Assembly: GCA_000002445.1 (NCBI GenBank)
Contig: CP000070.1
Coordinates: forward strand, 256,001-320,000
DNA: 64,000 nucleotides
Source of the DNA: Trypanosoma brucei
Lineage: Eukaryota
Direction: 5' to 3'
Shown here piece by piece: positions 9,231-18,921 of this stretch. The notes under the pieces are model-generated. The model worked only from the letters and a program-made list of their open reading frames with translations, was not told the DNA's origin and did not search any database. Positions within the stretch are counted from its first letter, which is position 1; each line of letters starts with the position of its first letter. The translations under genes and the position numbers were made by a program.

Positions 9231-11843
9231 ATGCACTGTTGTAAGGTTTTTTCGTTTCGCCTCACGGCAGGCCTTCTGCAGCGGCTGCCTATGCCGATGC
9301 CTCCGCCGCGACCAGGAGTAAGCGTCAACATGCAGCATGCGGTTGAAATAGAGGCGAAACGGCGGGTGGAGCTTGACGAGGCCACGCGCGCCCGGTACGT
9401 CGTTGTGAAGGAAGAAACTCGTGCTTCGGGGGACCGTGTCATTGGCATAGACCTCGGTACTACGAACAGCTGTATTTCATATATCGACAAGAAAACGAAC
9501 AGGCCAAAGATAATTCCATCTCCAACGGGGTCGTGGGTTTTTCCCACCGCAATTACGTTTGATAAAAGTCACAAGGTTCGCTTATATGGTGAAGAGGCCC
9601 GGGCCTGCGTACGGACGAGTGCGAGCGCGACGTTGTGCAGTGGAAAGCGCCTTATTGGCAGGGGTGTTGGTGAGTTGGGCCGCGTACAGTCCCAGCTCCA
9701 TAAGACAAATATGGTTACGCTTAACGAACGGGGAGAGGTGGCAGTAGAAATTATGGGTCGCACCTATACAGTAACCCATATCATAGCCATGTTCCTGCGC
9801 TATCTGAAAAAGGAGGCAGAAAAATTTCTCAAGGAACCGGTGAATGCCGTTGTAGTGAGTGTTCCTGCATTCTTCACCCCACAACAGAAGGTAGCGACGG
9901 AGGATGCTGCACTTGCCGCGGGTTTTGATGTCCTGGAGGTAATTGACGAGCCATCCGCCGCTTGTTTGGCTCATACTGTTTTGCAGCCTAGTAATGCCTC
10001 ATCAAGGGAACATCTATCGGGATCTAAGCGTATTGTACGTTCGCTGGTGTTTGATTTGGGCGGTGGCACACTGGACTGTGCTGTGATGGAAAATGATCGG
10101 CGACGGGGTACTTTTACACTTGTTGCGACACATGGTGACCCATTGCTTGGCGGCAATGATTGGGATGCTGTATTGTCTCAGCATTTTTCTGACCAATTTG
10201 AGCGTAAGTGGCGAGTACCTCTGGAGGACGCAGAAGGAAACGTGGGGCAAGGTGTAGCTACGTACCGCCAGCTCCTTCTTGAGGCTGAGAAGGCAAAGAT
10301 TCATTTTACGCACTCAACGGAGCCATATTATGGCTACAATCGTGCATTTCACTTTTCAGAGAAGCTTCGTGACATTGTTCCACTCGAGGCCACGCTCACG
10401 CTTGAGGAATACATTGAACTAACTCGGCCATTGAGGGTTCGCTGCGTGGAATGCCTCAACAAGCTTTTCGACCACACAAGCATACGTCCAGCAGACATTG
10501 ACAATGTACTACTTGTGGGGGCCATGACACGTGACCCCCCAATACGCCATCTTCTGACAGAGTACTTTGGTCGACATGTGGAATCTGAAGCCTCGTGTCC
10601 TGCCGACTACGCTGTAGCCATCGGTGCCGCCGTCCGCGGTGCCATGCTTCAGGGTGGATTTGATGACTTATTGTCGAACACACGATTTGTCACGGGGACC
10701 GCACAAGCCTTGAAGCAGGGTGGTTTCCTGCGTCGCTGCTGCAATCGCATTGGATCCTTAGTCAGTAGCAGCGTTAATCCAAATGCCATTGGCCAGCGCT
10801 GGCGCGGGCGCGCAAAAGGGCTCTCTGATGAAGAAATAGCTAACTATGCAAAGGAGCTTGTTGAGTTTGAGGCAGCGTGCGACCGCCGGCTGCTGCTTGA
10901 AAGAGCAGAGAACGACGCAAACTTCGTGATGCGGCGTGTAACAGCCGATTCGAGCAAGCGGCAAGGGATGCAGGAAAAACGTGTGCGGCAGCTAAGTGAA
11001 CAACTGAAGTTCTGGCAGTATATGGTGCACAACTTTCATGATCACGAAGACGAGTTACTACGAACGGTACGAGAATTGGAGCAAGCACTGGATGAATTGG
11101 AAGGGCTGGCAGAGGATAACACGTCGGGCCTCACAACCGCAGGGACAGTTGACTTCTCCTCAGTGACCCCTGTGAACCATTGCGAGGAAGAAGAGCGAGA
11201 CTGCAGCAGTGTTTCTGCAGCGTCAAGATCGGCACAGCTTAGGACGGCACATGGGGACGGAAAGCTGAAGGAGCGCACACAGGACGAGGAGGGGGAGAAA
11301 CCGAAAGGTCGTAAAATCATGAGGCGAGCTGTACCGCTGCCAAGGGCAAGTGCAGAAGCGCAGGAATTGGTGGAGGCGGGGCATCCCGCACTGCGAGGTG
11401 CCGATGTTTCCATGACAGAGTCCACGAGAAGTGCATTTTTCGAGGCACAGGTGGAGGAACGGGCATGGCGGGAGCCACCAACACCGCCTGGTGAGCATGG
11501 CTCATGGCAGGAGGTGAAGCGTGCGGTTGACGCTGGTGAGCCCGTTGGGAGCCCAATTGGTCTTCAGGAGTTACAGCGCCCAATGACACATGAAGAGATG
11601 CTACAGGTACTTAACAATATCGCACCCATTGATGATCCGGTGAGCGAGGAGCACGCCAGGAAGAGGGACCACTCCATTGATATGCGAACCATGACTATTG
11701 TTGAGGGTGCCGTAGATATGGTCGCGCTGCAGGAACTACTTGAGGAAGAAGCCAAACGGGCGGAGGAGCTTCAGCGTGCTCAGAAGAAGGGTGAGAAGCA
11801 ACTTGTAGCCGATTCATCAGCCAAACTGTTCGCGATGGACTAG
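9231..11843 (+). CDS. Divergent HSP70-family protein. The nucleotide-binding domain is intact, the substrate-binding beta-domain is shortened or divergent, and there is a long charged C-terminal tail.
   Basis: 870-aa ORF. VIGIDLGTTNSCISY matches the HSP70 signature IGIDLGTTNSCV. VFDLGGGTLDCAVM matches DLGGGTFD. LLVGAMTRDPPIRHLLTEYFG matches LVGGSTRIP.v. LSDEEIANYAKELVEFEA resembles the HSP70 lid segment LSKEEIErMvkEAEkf. There is an N-terminal extension before the NBD. Confidence 0.65.
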   Translation: MHCCKVFSFRLTAGLLQRLPMPMPPPRPGVSVNMQHAVEIEAKRRVELDEATRARYVVVKEETRASGDRVIGIDLGTTNSCISYIDKKTNRPKIIPSPTGSWVFPTAITFDKSHKVRLYGEEARACVRTSASATLCSGKRLIGRGVGELGRVQSQLHKTNMVTLNERGEVAVEIMGRTYTVTHIIAMFLRYLKKEAEKFLKEPVNAVVVSVPAFFTPQQKVATEDAALAAGFDVLEVIDEPSAACLAHTVLQPSNASSREHLSGSKRIVRSLVFDLGGGTLDCAVMENDRRRGTFTLVATHGDPLLGGNDWDAVLSQHFSDQFERKWRVPLEDAEGNVGQGVATYRQLLLEAEKAKIHFTHSTEPYYGYNRAFHFSEKLRDIVPLEATLTLEEYIELTRPLRVRCVECLNKLFDHTSIRPADIDNVLLVGAMTRDPPIRHLLTEYFGRHVESEASCPADYAVAIGAAVRGAMLQGGFDDLLSNTRFVTGTAQALKQGGFLRRCCNRIGSLVSSSVNPNAIGQRWRGRAKGLSDEEIANYAKELVEFEAACDRRLLLERAENDANFVMRRVTADSSKRQGMQEKRVRQLSEQLKFWQYMVHNFHDHEDELLRTVRELEQALDELEGLAEDNTSGLTTAGTVDFSSVTPVNHCEEEERDCSSVSAASRSAQLRTAHGDGKLKERTQDEEGEKPKGRKIMRRAVPLPRASAEAQELVEAGHPALRGADVSMTESTRSAFFEAQVEERAWREPPTPPGEHGSWQEVKRAVDAGEPVGSPIGLQELQRPMTHEEMLQVLNNIAPIDDPVSEEHARKRDHSIDMRTMTIVEGAVDMVALQELLEEEAKRAEELQRAQKKGEKQLVADSSAKLFAMD

Positions 11844-12149
11844 CGTGGAAGATTTACGAATGACGGTGTTGTCGTAGGTATCGGGGTAGGGCCGATTACT
11901 CTCTCTCTCTGTGCTTGCTCCTCTTTATCTGCCTGCACCGGGTTTTCCCTCATAGTTTTTTTTTAAAAAAGAGACCCAACGCGTCTGCCCAAGTTCTGTT
12001 AATGAGGAACATACGAATAGCGTAAATGCAGGTCCGCTCGGGACCATCGCATTCATTCAAAGGGCGCTTGGACAGGTTCTTCTGCCGTATATACGGCTCT
12101 GGAAGTGCAACTGACAGTTGTTTCCGCTAACACCCTCGTGTTTACCTGA

Positions 12150-12187
12150 GTCTCATTTTTCGACCTTTCCCATCATCTTTTTCTGAT
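12150..12187 (+). promoter_or_regulatory. Polypyrimidine tract with downstream AG (spliced-leader acceptor region) for the first S16 copy
   Basis: ctcatttttcgacctttcccatcatctttttctgattg, followed by several AG dinucleotides before the ATG at 12228. Kinetoplastid trans-splicing signals are established. Confidence 0.4.
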
Positions 12188-12227
12188 TGCGGATAAACGT
12201 TCAAACAAAACAGGTTAGCCGCTAAGA

Positions 12228-12677
12228 ATGTCCGGTGAGAAGACGCACACCCTCAAGCAGGTGCAGACCTTCGGCAAGAAGAAAACGGCCATTGCGGTCG
12301 CCACGGTGACGAAGGCCCCGCAGTGTAACATTCGCATCAATGGTGTCCCCATATCTCAGATCCTTCCTGAGACGCTCCGTGCGAAGATCATGGAAGCTGT
12401 CAAGGTAGTGGGCGCTCGGTACTTTTCTCGCCTGCGCGTTGATGTGAGGGTTCGTGGCTCCGGTCAGGTCGCTCAGGCATACGCCGTCCGCCAGGCCATC
12501 GCGAAGGGTATCATCGCATATTACCAAAAGTACCACAATGAGATTGAGAAGGCTGCACTGAAAGACAAGTACTTGGAGTATGACAAGTTCCTCCTCATTG
12601 CGGATCCTCGCCGCTGCGAACCCAAAAAATGGGGCCGTCACTCTGCCCGTACGCGCTTCACAAAGTCGTACCGTTAA
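12228..12677 (+). CDS. RPS16: 40S ribosomal protein S16 (uS9), copy 1
   Basis: 149 aa. MSGEKTHTLKQVQTFGKKKTAIAVATV...RVDVRVRGSGQVAQAYAVRQAIAKGIIAYYQKYH...GRHSARTRFTKSYR carries the uS9/S16 family signature, including the C-terminal ...ARxRxQKSYR. Confidence 0.9.
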   Translation: MSGEKTHTLKQVQTFGKKKTAIAVATVTKAPQCNIRINGVPISQILPETLRAKIMEAVKVVGARYFSRLRVDVRVRGSGQVAQAYAVRQAIAKGIIAYYQKYHNEIEKAALKDKYLEYDKFLLIADPRRCEPKKWGRHSARTRFTKSYR

Positions 12678-12900
12678 TCGCCTGCTGTATGACAGCGTAT
12701 TGATGAGGTGGCGGCACGATATACACCCGGGTTGCGGAGTTGCCTTTATCAGTTGCATGTTTTTAATTTCTCTTTTAACTGTTTGTTTCACTATTAATTT
12801 CTTATCTGCTTTCACACCCTTCTGTAATGGGGTGGTCGTCGCTGCCGTGTGTTGCCACTTTCCTACACTGTCATTGGAAGTTGCGGTGATTTGCTTTCAC

Positions 12901-12940
12901 CCCTATTTGTTTGTTTTATTTTCAACTTTTTTGTTGGTTG
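12901..12940 (+). promoter_or_regulatory. Polypyrimidine tract / SL acceptor region for the second S16 copy
   Basis: ccctatttgtttgttttattttcaacttttttgttggttg, then ctAGcacccaaATG. Confidence 0.4.
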
Positions 12941-12951
12941 CTAGCACCCAA

Positions 12952-13401
12952 ATGTCCGGTGAGAAGACGCACACCCTCAAGCAGGTGCAGACCTTCGGCA
13001 AGAAGAAAACGGCCATTGCGGTCGCCACGGTGACGAAGGCCCCGCAGTGTAACATTCGCATCAATGGTGTCCCCATATCTCAGATCCTTCCTGAGACGCT
13101 CCGTGCGAAGATCATGGAAGCTGTCAAGGTAGTGGGCGCTCGGTACTTTTCTCGCCTGCGCGTTGATGTGAGGGTTCGTGGCTCCGGTCAGGTCGCTCAG
13201 GCATACGCCGTCCGCCAGGCCATCGCGAAGGGTATCATCGCATATTACCAAAAGTACCACAATGAGATTGAGAAGGCTGCACTGAAAGACAAGTACTTGG
13301 AGTATGACAAGTTCCTCCTCATTGCGGATCCTCGCCGCTGCGAACCCAAAAAATGGGGCCGTCACTCTGCCCGTACGCGCTTCACGAAGTCGTACCGTTA
13401 A
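12952..13401 (+). CDS. RPS16: 40S ribosomal protein S16 (uS9), copy 2 (tandem duplicate)
   Basis: Identical 149-aa product beginning at the internal ATG at 12952. The CDS is nearly identical at the nucleotide level to copy 1 (one synonymous A/G difference seen near the 3' end). The 5' flank differs from copy 1, and the 3' flanks match for only ~12 nt after the stop. The upstream extension of the ORF-track entry 12580..13401 is read-through of the intergenic spacer. Confidence 0.85.
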   Translation: MSGEKTHTLKQVQTFGKKKTAIAVATVTKAPQCNIRINGVPISQILPETLRAKIMEAVKVVGARYFSRLRVDVRVRGSGQVAQAYAVRQAIAKGIIAYYQKYHNEIEKAALKDKYLEYDKFLLIADPRRCEPKKWGRHSARTRFTKSYR

Positions 13402-13968
13402 TCGCCTGCTTTGTGCTCGTGCACTGGGTGCATACTTTCCTATTCAGATTTTTCGTCATTTCAGTCTCGTTATGTGACTTTAAATTTTAAAAGAGTGACA
13501 GAACTACCGAGGTGGAGCTGGAGGCGCTGCACGGCAACTGTTTGCCATTAACGTGGCCCCCTCCCCCTCGATATGTGCCTCACTGTGTTCTATCTTATCT
13601 GCCTTCTTGTCATCCGGGGGCTGTTATCGGTCTTTTTCTTGAAACCCTCTTCTTCTTTTCTTCGGTTTTTGCCCTTGGTTACATGATGAGGTCCCGGTAG
13701 GAAGGCACCGCACAACTCAAGGAACTGGTAAAAGCAAAAACAGAAGAACACGGCGAGAAAAGCATTCCCACATAAGCGGCCGGAGAGAAGTGTCTTCAAA
13801 TCATCGCTACATAGATTTACTGACGTTGACATAATAATTTCAGACGCATAAACATATACAAAGTTATTTCACAGCCCCGTTCTGCAGTAGTTCGTTACCC
13901 AATTACATCGAAGCTCGCACTGGAGGGTGATTTGGGTGTTTTTACTGGAGTTGTAACGTTTTTTTTCT

Positions 13969-15519
13969 TTGCGTGCGTCCTCTCAGGGTGGTGGTTGGCG
14001 GGACGAATACAAGCATAAACGAGACTCAGGCGAGATGTTTCGCGTTGTGTCGTTTGGTTCACTTATTCAGGACTCGCGTTTCTACTTCAAACGCAATGGC
14101 AGAGTGACAACAATGTATCCTGACGGCTACACCATCCAGAGACGCGTTTTTTCGAAGGGGAGGCGTACACGTGCCAAGATCACACTCCCCGGCGATGACG
14201 CTAAGAACGACTTGGGTGAGGTATACTACACCGCTACTATTAAGCGGAGGGACGATGGTGGTCCGTGTTTTCAAGTAGTACGAAGTGATAAGCCAGATGT
14301 TATCCACAGCGGTGATCAATGCTCCCCAGCGTGGCGCAAGGCCCTGGAAGCCGCAAAGCAGGACTTTCCCGATGCCCATAAAGAACTGGCGTATGTAGGA
14401 TCTGATGACAAGGGTTGTATGATCGTCCAGGGTGCCATTCTGTTCGGGCTTACTGCAAAGCCTGTGGTGGACGAATTGAACAAGATGGCGAAGGCATTAA
14501 GCATAAATGAGTGGTTGAGCACTATATCGGCGGACACCAAATCATTGGGAGACCCGATAGGGAGCCCCATTCCCTCTTCATCTTCTCAGCCACGCAAGCC
14601 AAAGCAACAACTCGTCACGAGTTCACAACCCTCTCAGTCGTCCTCGTGGAAGACAAGGGGAAAGAAAAGCGTGGAGGCTCCTGAGGACGACGATGTACCG
14701 TATTGTGTCCGACTTTCCAATAGTGAAGTTAGTGCCTCTGTACCTTGTTCCATTTGCGGATCGACAACGCCATTTTGTCCAATAACGGGAAAACGGCATG
14801 ACACAACGGGAAAGGGTGGAAGAGGGAGAAAGAAGTCTGAGTTGACGGAAGGGGCCGTTGCTCCAAGTGAGCCAACCGGGAAGAAAAGGGGAAGGAGGAA
14901 GAAGCAACCCCGTGATGATGATGGAGCGGAAGGCTCTCAAAATATGAGTGCTTCCAGTGGCGATGCGGTAAAGCGGCGGAGGACATCAGATGGAGCCACT
15001 GAAAGAGGCCCCTCCACCCGAGATGCGAAGCGACAAATGCTGCTGTTTGAAAACAACGGTAACGCAGTTGACGGGTCGTTGGCGAATGGAGAAGTACCCT
15101 ATGCACCGCCCCCAGTACTGTTTCGGCCACCGCTTTCACCACCACAGTCGAAAGAGGCCCTGCGCGTTCTGCAGCGTACGCTACAGGCGTTGTCGGTCGT
15201 TCGAACACCATTTACCTCTTTGTTACAACTGCGTGAACCAGGCGTCAAGAAGACCACACACGCCAGCAGCAAGTCTGACAAGGGAGCCGGCTCTCAGGCA
15301 AATATTATTTCTGTTAATGGTGCCGACACTGACGGAAATGATGCGGCTGCCGCTAGGAAACAAGCAGAAGAGGGAACGCAACACTTCCTTGACATCGTAG
15401 ACATGGACAAAGGCACCCGGGCGAGACGTTACATAAAATTCATGAAACTGTACACAAGTGAGAGGACCAAAATGGATCTGTTGAAAAAGGCTGCTAACAG
15501 CAACCCAGACTCATCGTAG
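13969..15519 (+). CDS. Hypothetical basic, low-complexity protein with AT-hook-like G-R-G-R-K-K / K-K-R-G-R-R-K-K motifs. Possibly nuclear or chromatin-associated.
   Basis: 516-aa ORF (start codon uncertain). It is Ser/Lys/Arg-rich and contains GKGGRGRKKSE and GKKRGRRKKQPRDDD. Confidence 0.4.
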   Translation: MRASSQGGGWRDEYKHKRDSGEMFRVVSFGSLIQDSRFYFKRNGRVTTMYPDGYTIQRRVFSKGRRTRAKITLPGDDAKNDLGEVYYTATIKRRDDGGPCFQVVRSDKPDVIHSGDQCSPAWRKALEAAKQDFPDAHKELAYVGSDDKGCMIVQGAILFGLTAKPVVDELNKMAKALSINEWLSTISADTKSLGDPIGSPIPSSSSQPRKPKQQLVTSSQPSQSSSWKTRGKKSVEAPEDDDVPYCVRLSNSEVSASVPCSICGSTTPFCPITGKRHDTTGKGGRGRKKSELTEGAVAPSEPTGKKRGRRKKQPRDDDGAEGSQNMSASSGDAVKRRRTSDGATERGPSTRDAKRQMLLFENNGNAVDGSLANGEVPYAPPPVLFRPPLSPPQSKEALRVLQRTLQALSVVRTPFTSLLQLREPGVKKTTHASSKSDKGAGSQANIISVNGADTDGNDAAAARKQAEEGTQHFLDIVDMDKGTRARRYIKFMKLYTSERTKMDLLKKAANSNPDSS

Positions 15520-16159
15520 GGGCACTTAGGCTCAGTTGGAGAAATATCTATCGCCGAAGTGACCACTTGCTTATGTGCGCGCGTGTGTGACGGAAAGCAT
15601 TTGCATTTTTTCCCACGCGATATCTTGCAAGGACCGACGCGAAGGTTTTCATCAGCGGGAGAACAGCACAACGTGGTTAATAGGTTTGGTGCTTGCACCA
15701 GGGAAGCAGTTGATGCTGTACCACAATAGTGGTTTAAGATCGGACAGTTAGCAAACGGAACGCTTCTCATTGACAGGTGAAGGTGGTGACGTTCGAGAAG
15801 GGTAATGTGTGGTGGCGGTGAATCCAACAGATGAAATAATTTAACAATTACTATTTTTAAAAAAAAAATATTTGCGTCTTTGTCTTGCGGTACCCCACCT
15901 TAGGTTCCGTGGGAGCGAGTTTCGCAGATGAGTGAGGTAGCAGCACTTCACGTTGCGCCACCTGCCATGTGCCATAAAATTCTTCGTTTGGAGGAATTGG
16001 TATGCAGACGGAATGCTAAACGGTGTGGGTGCGTCTAATATTTCAATGTTTCTTTCTTAAATCATGTCCTACTCTGCCTCTTCATGTTTTCGGTTGTTCT
16101 AGCTGAACCGCAGAAGTTTTTTTTTTTAAAATCACTGCGTAAAACCTTTGTACACCACT

Positions 16160-16217
16160 ATTTTTCTAATTTATTTTCTTCTACTATTCCCTCTCCTCTC
16201 TTGTTTTTTTTTCTTTG
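16160..16217 (+). promoter_or_regulatory. Long polypyrimidine tract / SL acceptor region upstream of the EEP-nuclease gene
   Basis: ctatttttctaatttattttcttctactattccctctcctctcttgtttttttttctttgact, then gggtAGctgAGc. Confidence 0.4.
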
Positions 16218-16233
16218 ACTGGGTAGCTGAGCT

Positions 16234-18921
16234 TTGATGGCATTGGCTCAGTCATGTCGTCACTTTGCTGCGACGACGTACCGACAGTCCAAAATTACAG
16301 ATCGCTTCCAGCTGTTAATAACTAAAAAGGAAATTGAATGTGACTACGTTGCGGTGGACGCCACTGCCCTCGTCGCAACGGGGTTACGTCTCGCAAAGAA
16401 CGTTACAACTGAGCAGCGTCGCCATAAGGAAGTGGCGCGTCATGTAGTACAGTCAATACAACAGTTGTTGAAGAAGGTGCGTTGCAAGAAGTCTCTTCTT
16501 ATAGCAATGGACGGAGCTGAGAATCTGCTCAAGGCGGATCGTACACGGGGTAGCAGTTTAACCCGAAAGGTGGAAAGTCGTCTGATGAGACTACCGGGAA
16601 CTCCACTTATGCAGGCAGTGGAGGAACGTATCGTTCGTATGATGCCAGAGCGGCAGATATTACCCGGTGAAGTGGTGTTTGCCGGCACCTGTGTTCAAGG
16701 GTGTGTCGAGCAGAAGATGTCCGCTTGGGCACTTGATCTGGCGTCCCGAGACACCTTTAACGGCAGCAGCGACTCACTGAATTTGATTGGGGCCTCTGAG
16801 TTGTACCTTAATGTGTTGGCGCTGTCGCCCTTCTATAACGTATCGAGTGTGGTGCAAAATAACGCAGATTTGCGACATATACGACTGCAGGATATTTTGG
16901 AGTGGCTAGAGCTAGATAAGAAGGCGAAGGAAGGGGAGAGTGTCACAATAGCCAAGATGAGAACGGATATTTTATTCCTCTTCATTATCGCTAACGGCGC
17001 CTCGGCAACTGAGCTGAATCCCATTCCTGCTGTTGGTTTCCATGAAATTGTTGATAGGTACATGAAGGTTCTCGCAGAAAACGGTGCTACGCCCCCTTCT
17101 CAAAGCGCGACCGCGAGCGCCCCAACTGCTTCAGCCAACGTCCCGGCCGCCCCAGCATTTCTTTTTGAGGATAGTCCGGGCAACACACTCCAACTGAATC
17201 TTCGCATGCTCTGTCGCATCATGCAGTTAGTGGCGCGTAAGGAGGCGCCAGCCCGTGTGGATGGTCTGTCAGAAGCCTACTTGGAGCACGCCTTACAAAC
17301 GCATGCAATGTTGTGTACTGGACAGGCACCCCAATGCACCTACTTGCCAGCAGCGGGTACAGGACAACTAGGCTCGACGGCGCCTAGCGCCGTGCAGCTC
17401 GCAGGTCATCTTGCTGCATTATGCGCATCCACAGCACAACGCAACGCACGGTGTACTTCTCTGCAGCCCTCGCTGGTAACACCAGAAAAGGGATCGTGTG
17501 AGGAAGACAGTTCGGCAACAAAGCTGCCGCCGACACCCCCAACTAGCGCGGTCGCACCAGTTGAAGACAAGCCGCTGACAGCAGCTGAATACACCATTCT
17601 CTGTCAGTCGCTTCCCGCAGCTGTGGAAGGATTGATTCATCAGTACGTAGGCGTAGCGCCTAAGCCGGATGTTGGGAAGATGATTACAACGGCGACCACG
17701 GAGGAAGCCTACCGCCTTGTTCGGGAAGTGCTTTCTTATGCGAACCCTCTTCGACCGCATAAGTGCTTATGCCTTTCCCCATCTTATTGCTGGCTCCAGA
17801 ATGAAAAGACGCAACTGTGGCGCTTCGAATATGTCGATATTGGTGTCAAAAGTCATGAACTGGGGACACGTCGGCAACTCAATGCTATGAAGGGTGTAAC
17901 GCTTGAAGTGAACATGTCCCGTGATGGTCCTTCGCATTTTGATCCACTGAGTGGGACGTGGGAGCCAATTGCCAATTTCCCGTGCGGAGCGGAGTGCGAA
18001 TATGACAAACATACTGAAGAATGCACATCTTCTCCTTCAGCTCCACAAACTGCAAAAGAGGTTGAAGGAGGACCAGTTAAGGCATCTTTAAAATTGCTGA
18101 CATGGAATGTCATGTTTGATCGTTACAGCGGCAAACCAACTCCTTTAGGTATGCCTGGTATAGATTGGTGCTCCCCCAAGAGGTATCCCGTCATTGCCAA
18201 GATCATAGAGGAGGAGGATGCGGATGTTGTTGGCATGCAAGAGGTGGAGCCTGTATTTTGGGAGTTCCTTTCCAAGCGGCCACTTATACGCCAAAGGTAC
18301 TACTTTTCGTGCGGTCATATGAGTCCAGCTATTGCCCCGTGGGGGGTGCTGATGTTGATACACCGTCGGCGTCTTCCAGTACAGAGCATCAACTATCTTA
18401 ACGTCCCTGCGTGGACTAATCATGTTTCTCTCATGCCGGTTGTGGGTCTGAAGATGGTGCACGGTACTGTACACATAGCTGCCGCACACTTACTCGCGCC
18501 ATACACGAAGTCCCACGAGAACGCTCGTACTTCCCAGGATACCGCGTTACGCCATCACATGACGAAGACGTTGGGTGGCGGGGATGTGGTAACTATGGGA
18601 GATTTCAACGACTGGCCTACAAATGAATTTATTATGCCACATGAATCACAGTACGTGGACTGTTGGCCCGTTTTGCACCCCAACAACCCTGGAAAGACTA
18701 TGGATGAAACAAACACCTTTTGTAAACTGAAAGTGGAGGAAATGTTTTTTGGCCGTTCCGACAAGGTGTTTCTGCGAAGCAGGCGGCTTGTGCCAGTCGA
18801 AGCTCATCTCGTCGGAACACGGAGTGTAAACGATGAGAACAACAACGCCGACGCACCCGCATATTTGTTCCCATCCGATCACTACGGCGTAAGTATAACG
18901 TTTTCATTGAAGTTACCGTAA
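16234..18921 (+). CDS. KREX1: Endonuclease/exonuclease/phosphatase (EEP)-domain nuclease with an N-terminal XRN-like 5'-3' exonuclease-type motif region. The size and architecture match the editosome U-specific exoribonuclease KREX1 (TbMP100).
   Basis: 895 aa (~100 kDa). The C-terminal EEP hallmarks are LKLLTWNVMFD, DADVVGMQEV, VTMGDFNDWP and PSDHYGVSITF. The N-terminus reads LLIAMDGAENLLKADRTRG...LPGTPLM...PGEVVF...ALDLASRD, resembling the XRN motifs AiDGVAPRAKMNQQRsRR / ITPGTpFM / PGEGEHKI / GlDADLI. The N-terminus is Arg-rich and presequence-like. The KREX1 identity is from memory of the published TbMP100 architecture. Confidence 0.55.
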   Translation: MMALAQSCRHFAATTYRQSKITDRFQLLITKKEIECDYVAVDATALVATGLRLAKNVTTEQRRHKEVARHVVQSIQQLLKKVRCKKSLLIAMDGAENLLKADRTRGSSLTRKVESRLMRLPGTPLMQAVEERIVRMMPERQILPGEVVFAGTCVQGCVEQKMSAWALDLASRDTFNGSSDSLNLIGASELYLNVLALSPFYNVSSVVQNNADLRHIRLQDILEWLELDKKAKEGESVTIAKMRTDILFLFIIANGASATELNPIPAVGFHEIVDRYMKVLAENGATPPSQSATASAPTASANVPAAPAFLFEDSPGNTLQLNLRMLCRIMQLVARKEAPARVDGLSEAYLEHALQTHAMLCTGQAPQCTYLPAAGTGQLGSTAPSAVQLAGHLAALCASTAQRNARCTSLQPSLVTPEKGSCEEDSSATKLPPTPPTSAVAPVEDKPLTAAEYTILCQSLPAAVEGLIHQYVGVAPKPDVGKMITTATTEEAYRLVREVLSYANPLRPHKCLCLSPSYCWLQNEKTQLWRFEYVDIGVKSHELGTRRQLNAMKGVTLEVNMSRDGPSHFDPLSGTWEPIANFPCGAECEYDKHTEECTSSPSAPQTAKEVEGGPVKASLKLLTWNVMFDRYSGKPTPLGMPGIDWCSPKRYPVIAKIIEEEDADVVGMQEVEPVFWEFLSKRPLIRQRYYFSCGHMSPAIAPWGVLMLIHRRRLPVQSINYLNVPAWTNHVSLMPVVGLKMVHGTVHIAAAHLLAPYTKSHENARTSQDTALRHHMTKTLGGGDVVTMGDFNDWPTNEFIMPHESQYVDCWPVLHPNNPGKTMDETNTFCKLKVEEMFFGRSDKVFLRSRRLVPVEAHLVGTRSVNDENNNADAPAYLFPSDHYGVSITFSLKLP

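Noticed and set aside
8981-9547. 188-aa minus-strand ORF upstream of or overlapping the HSP70-like gene start
   Set aside because: It has no domain signature. It overlaps the + strand HSP70 N-terminus and polypyrimidine region. Its strand is opposite to the otherwise strictly unidirectional cluster.
12222-12815. 197-aa ORF on the minus strand (and the matching ORF at 12922..13365 on the minus strand) overlapping the S16 genes
   Set aside because: These are antisense shadow ORFs of a highly conserved ribosomal protein CDS. The + strand product is an unmistakable S16, and all real genes in the window are on the + strand.
12580-12951. Upstream 124-codon extension of the second S16 ORF (ORF-track 12580..13401)
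   Set aside because: It is in-frame read-through of the intergenic spacer (hydrophobic low-complexity translation). A polypyrimidine tract and AG lie immediately before the conserved MSGEK start at 12952.
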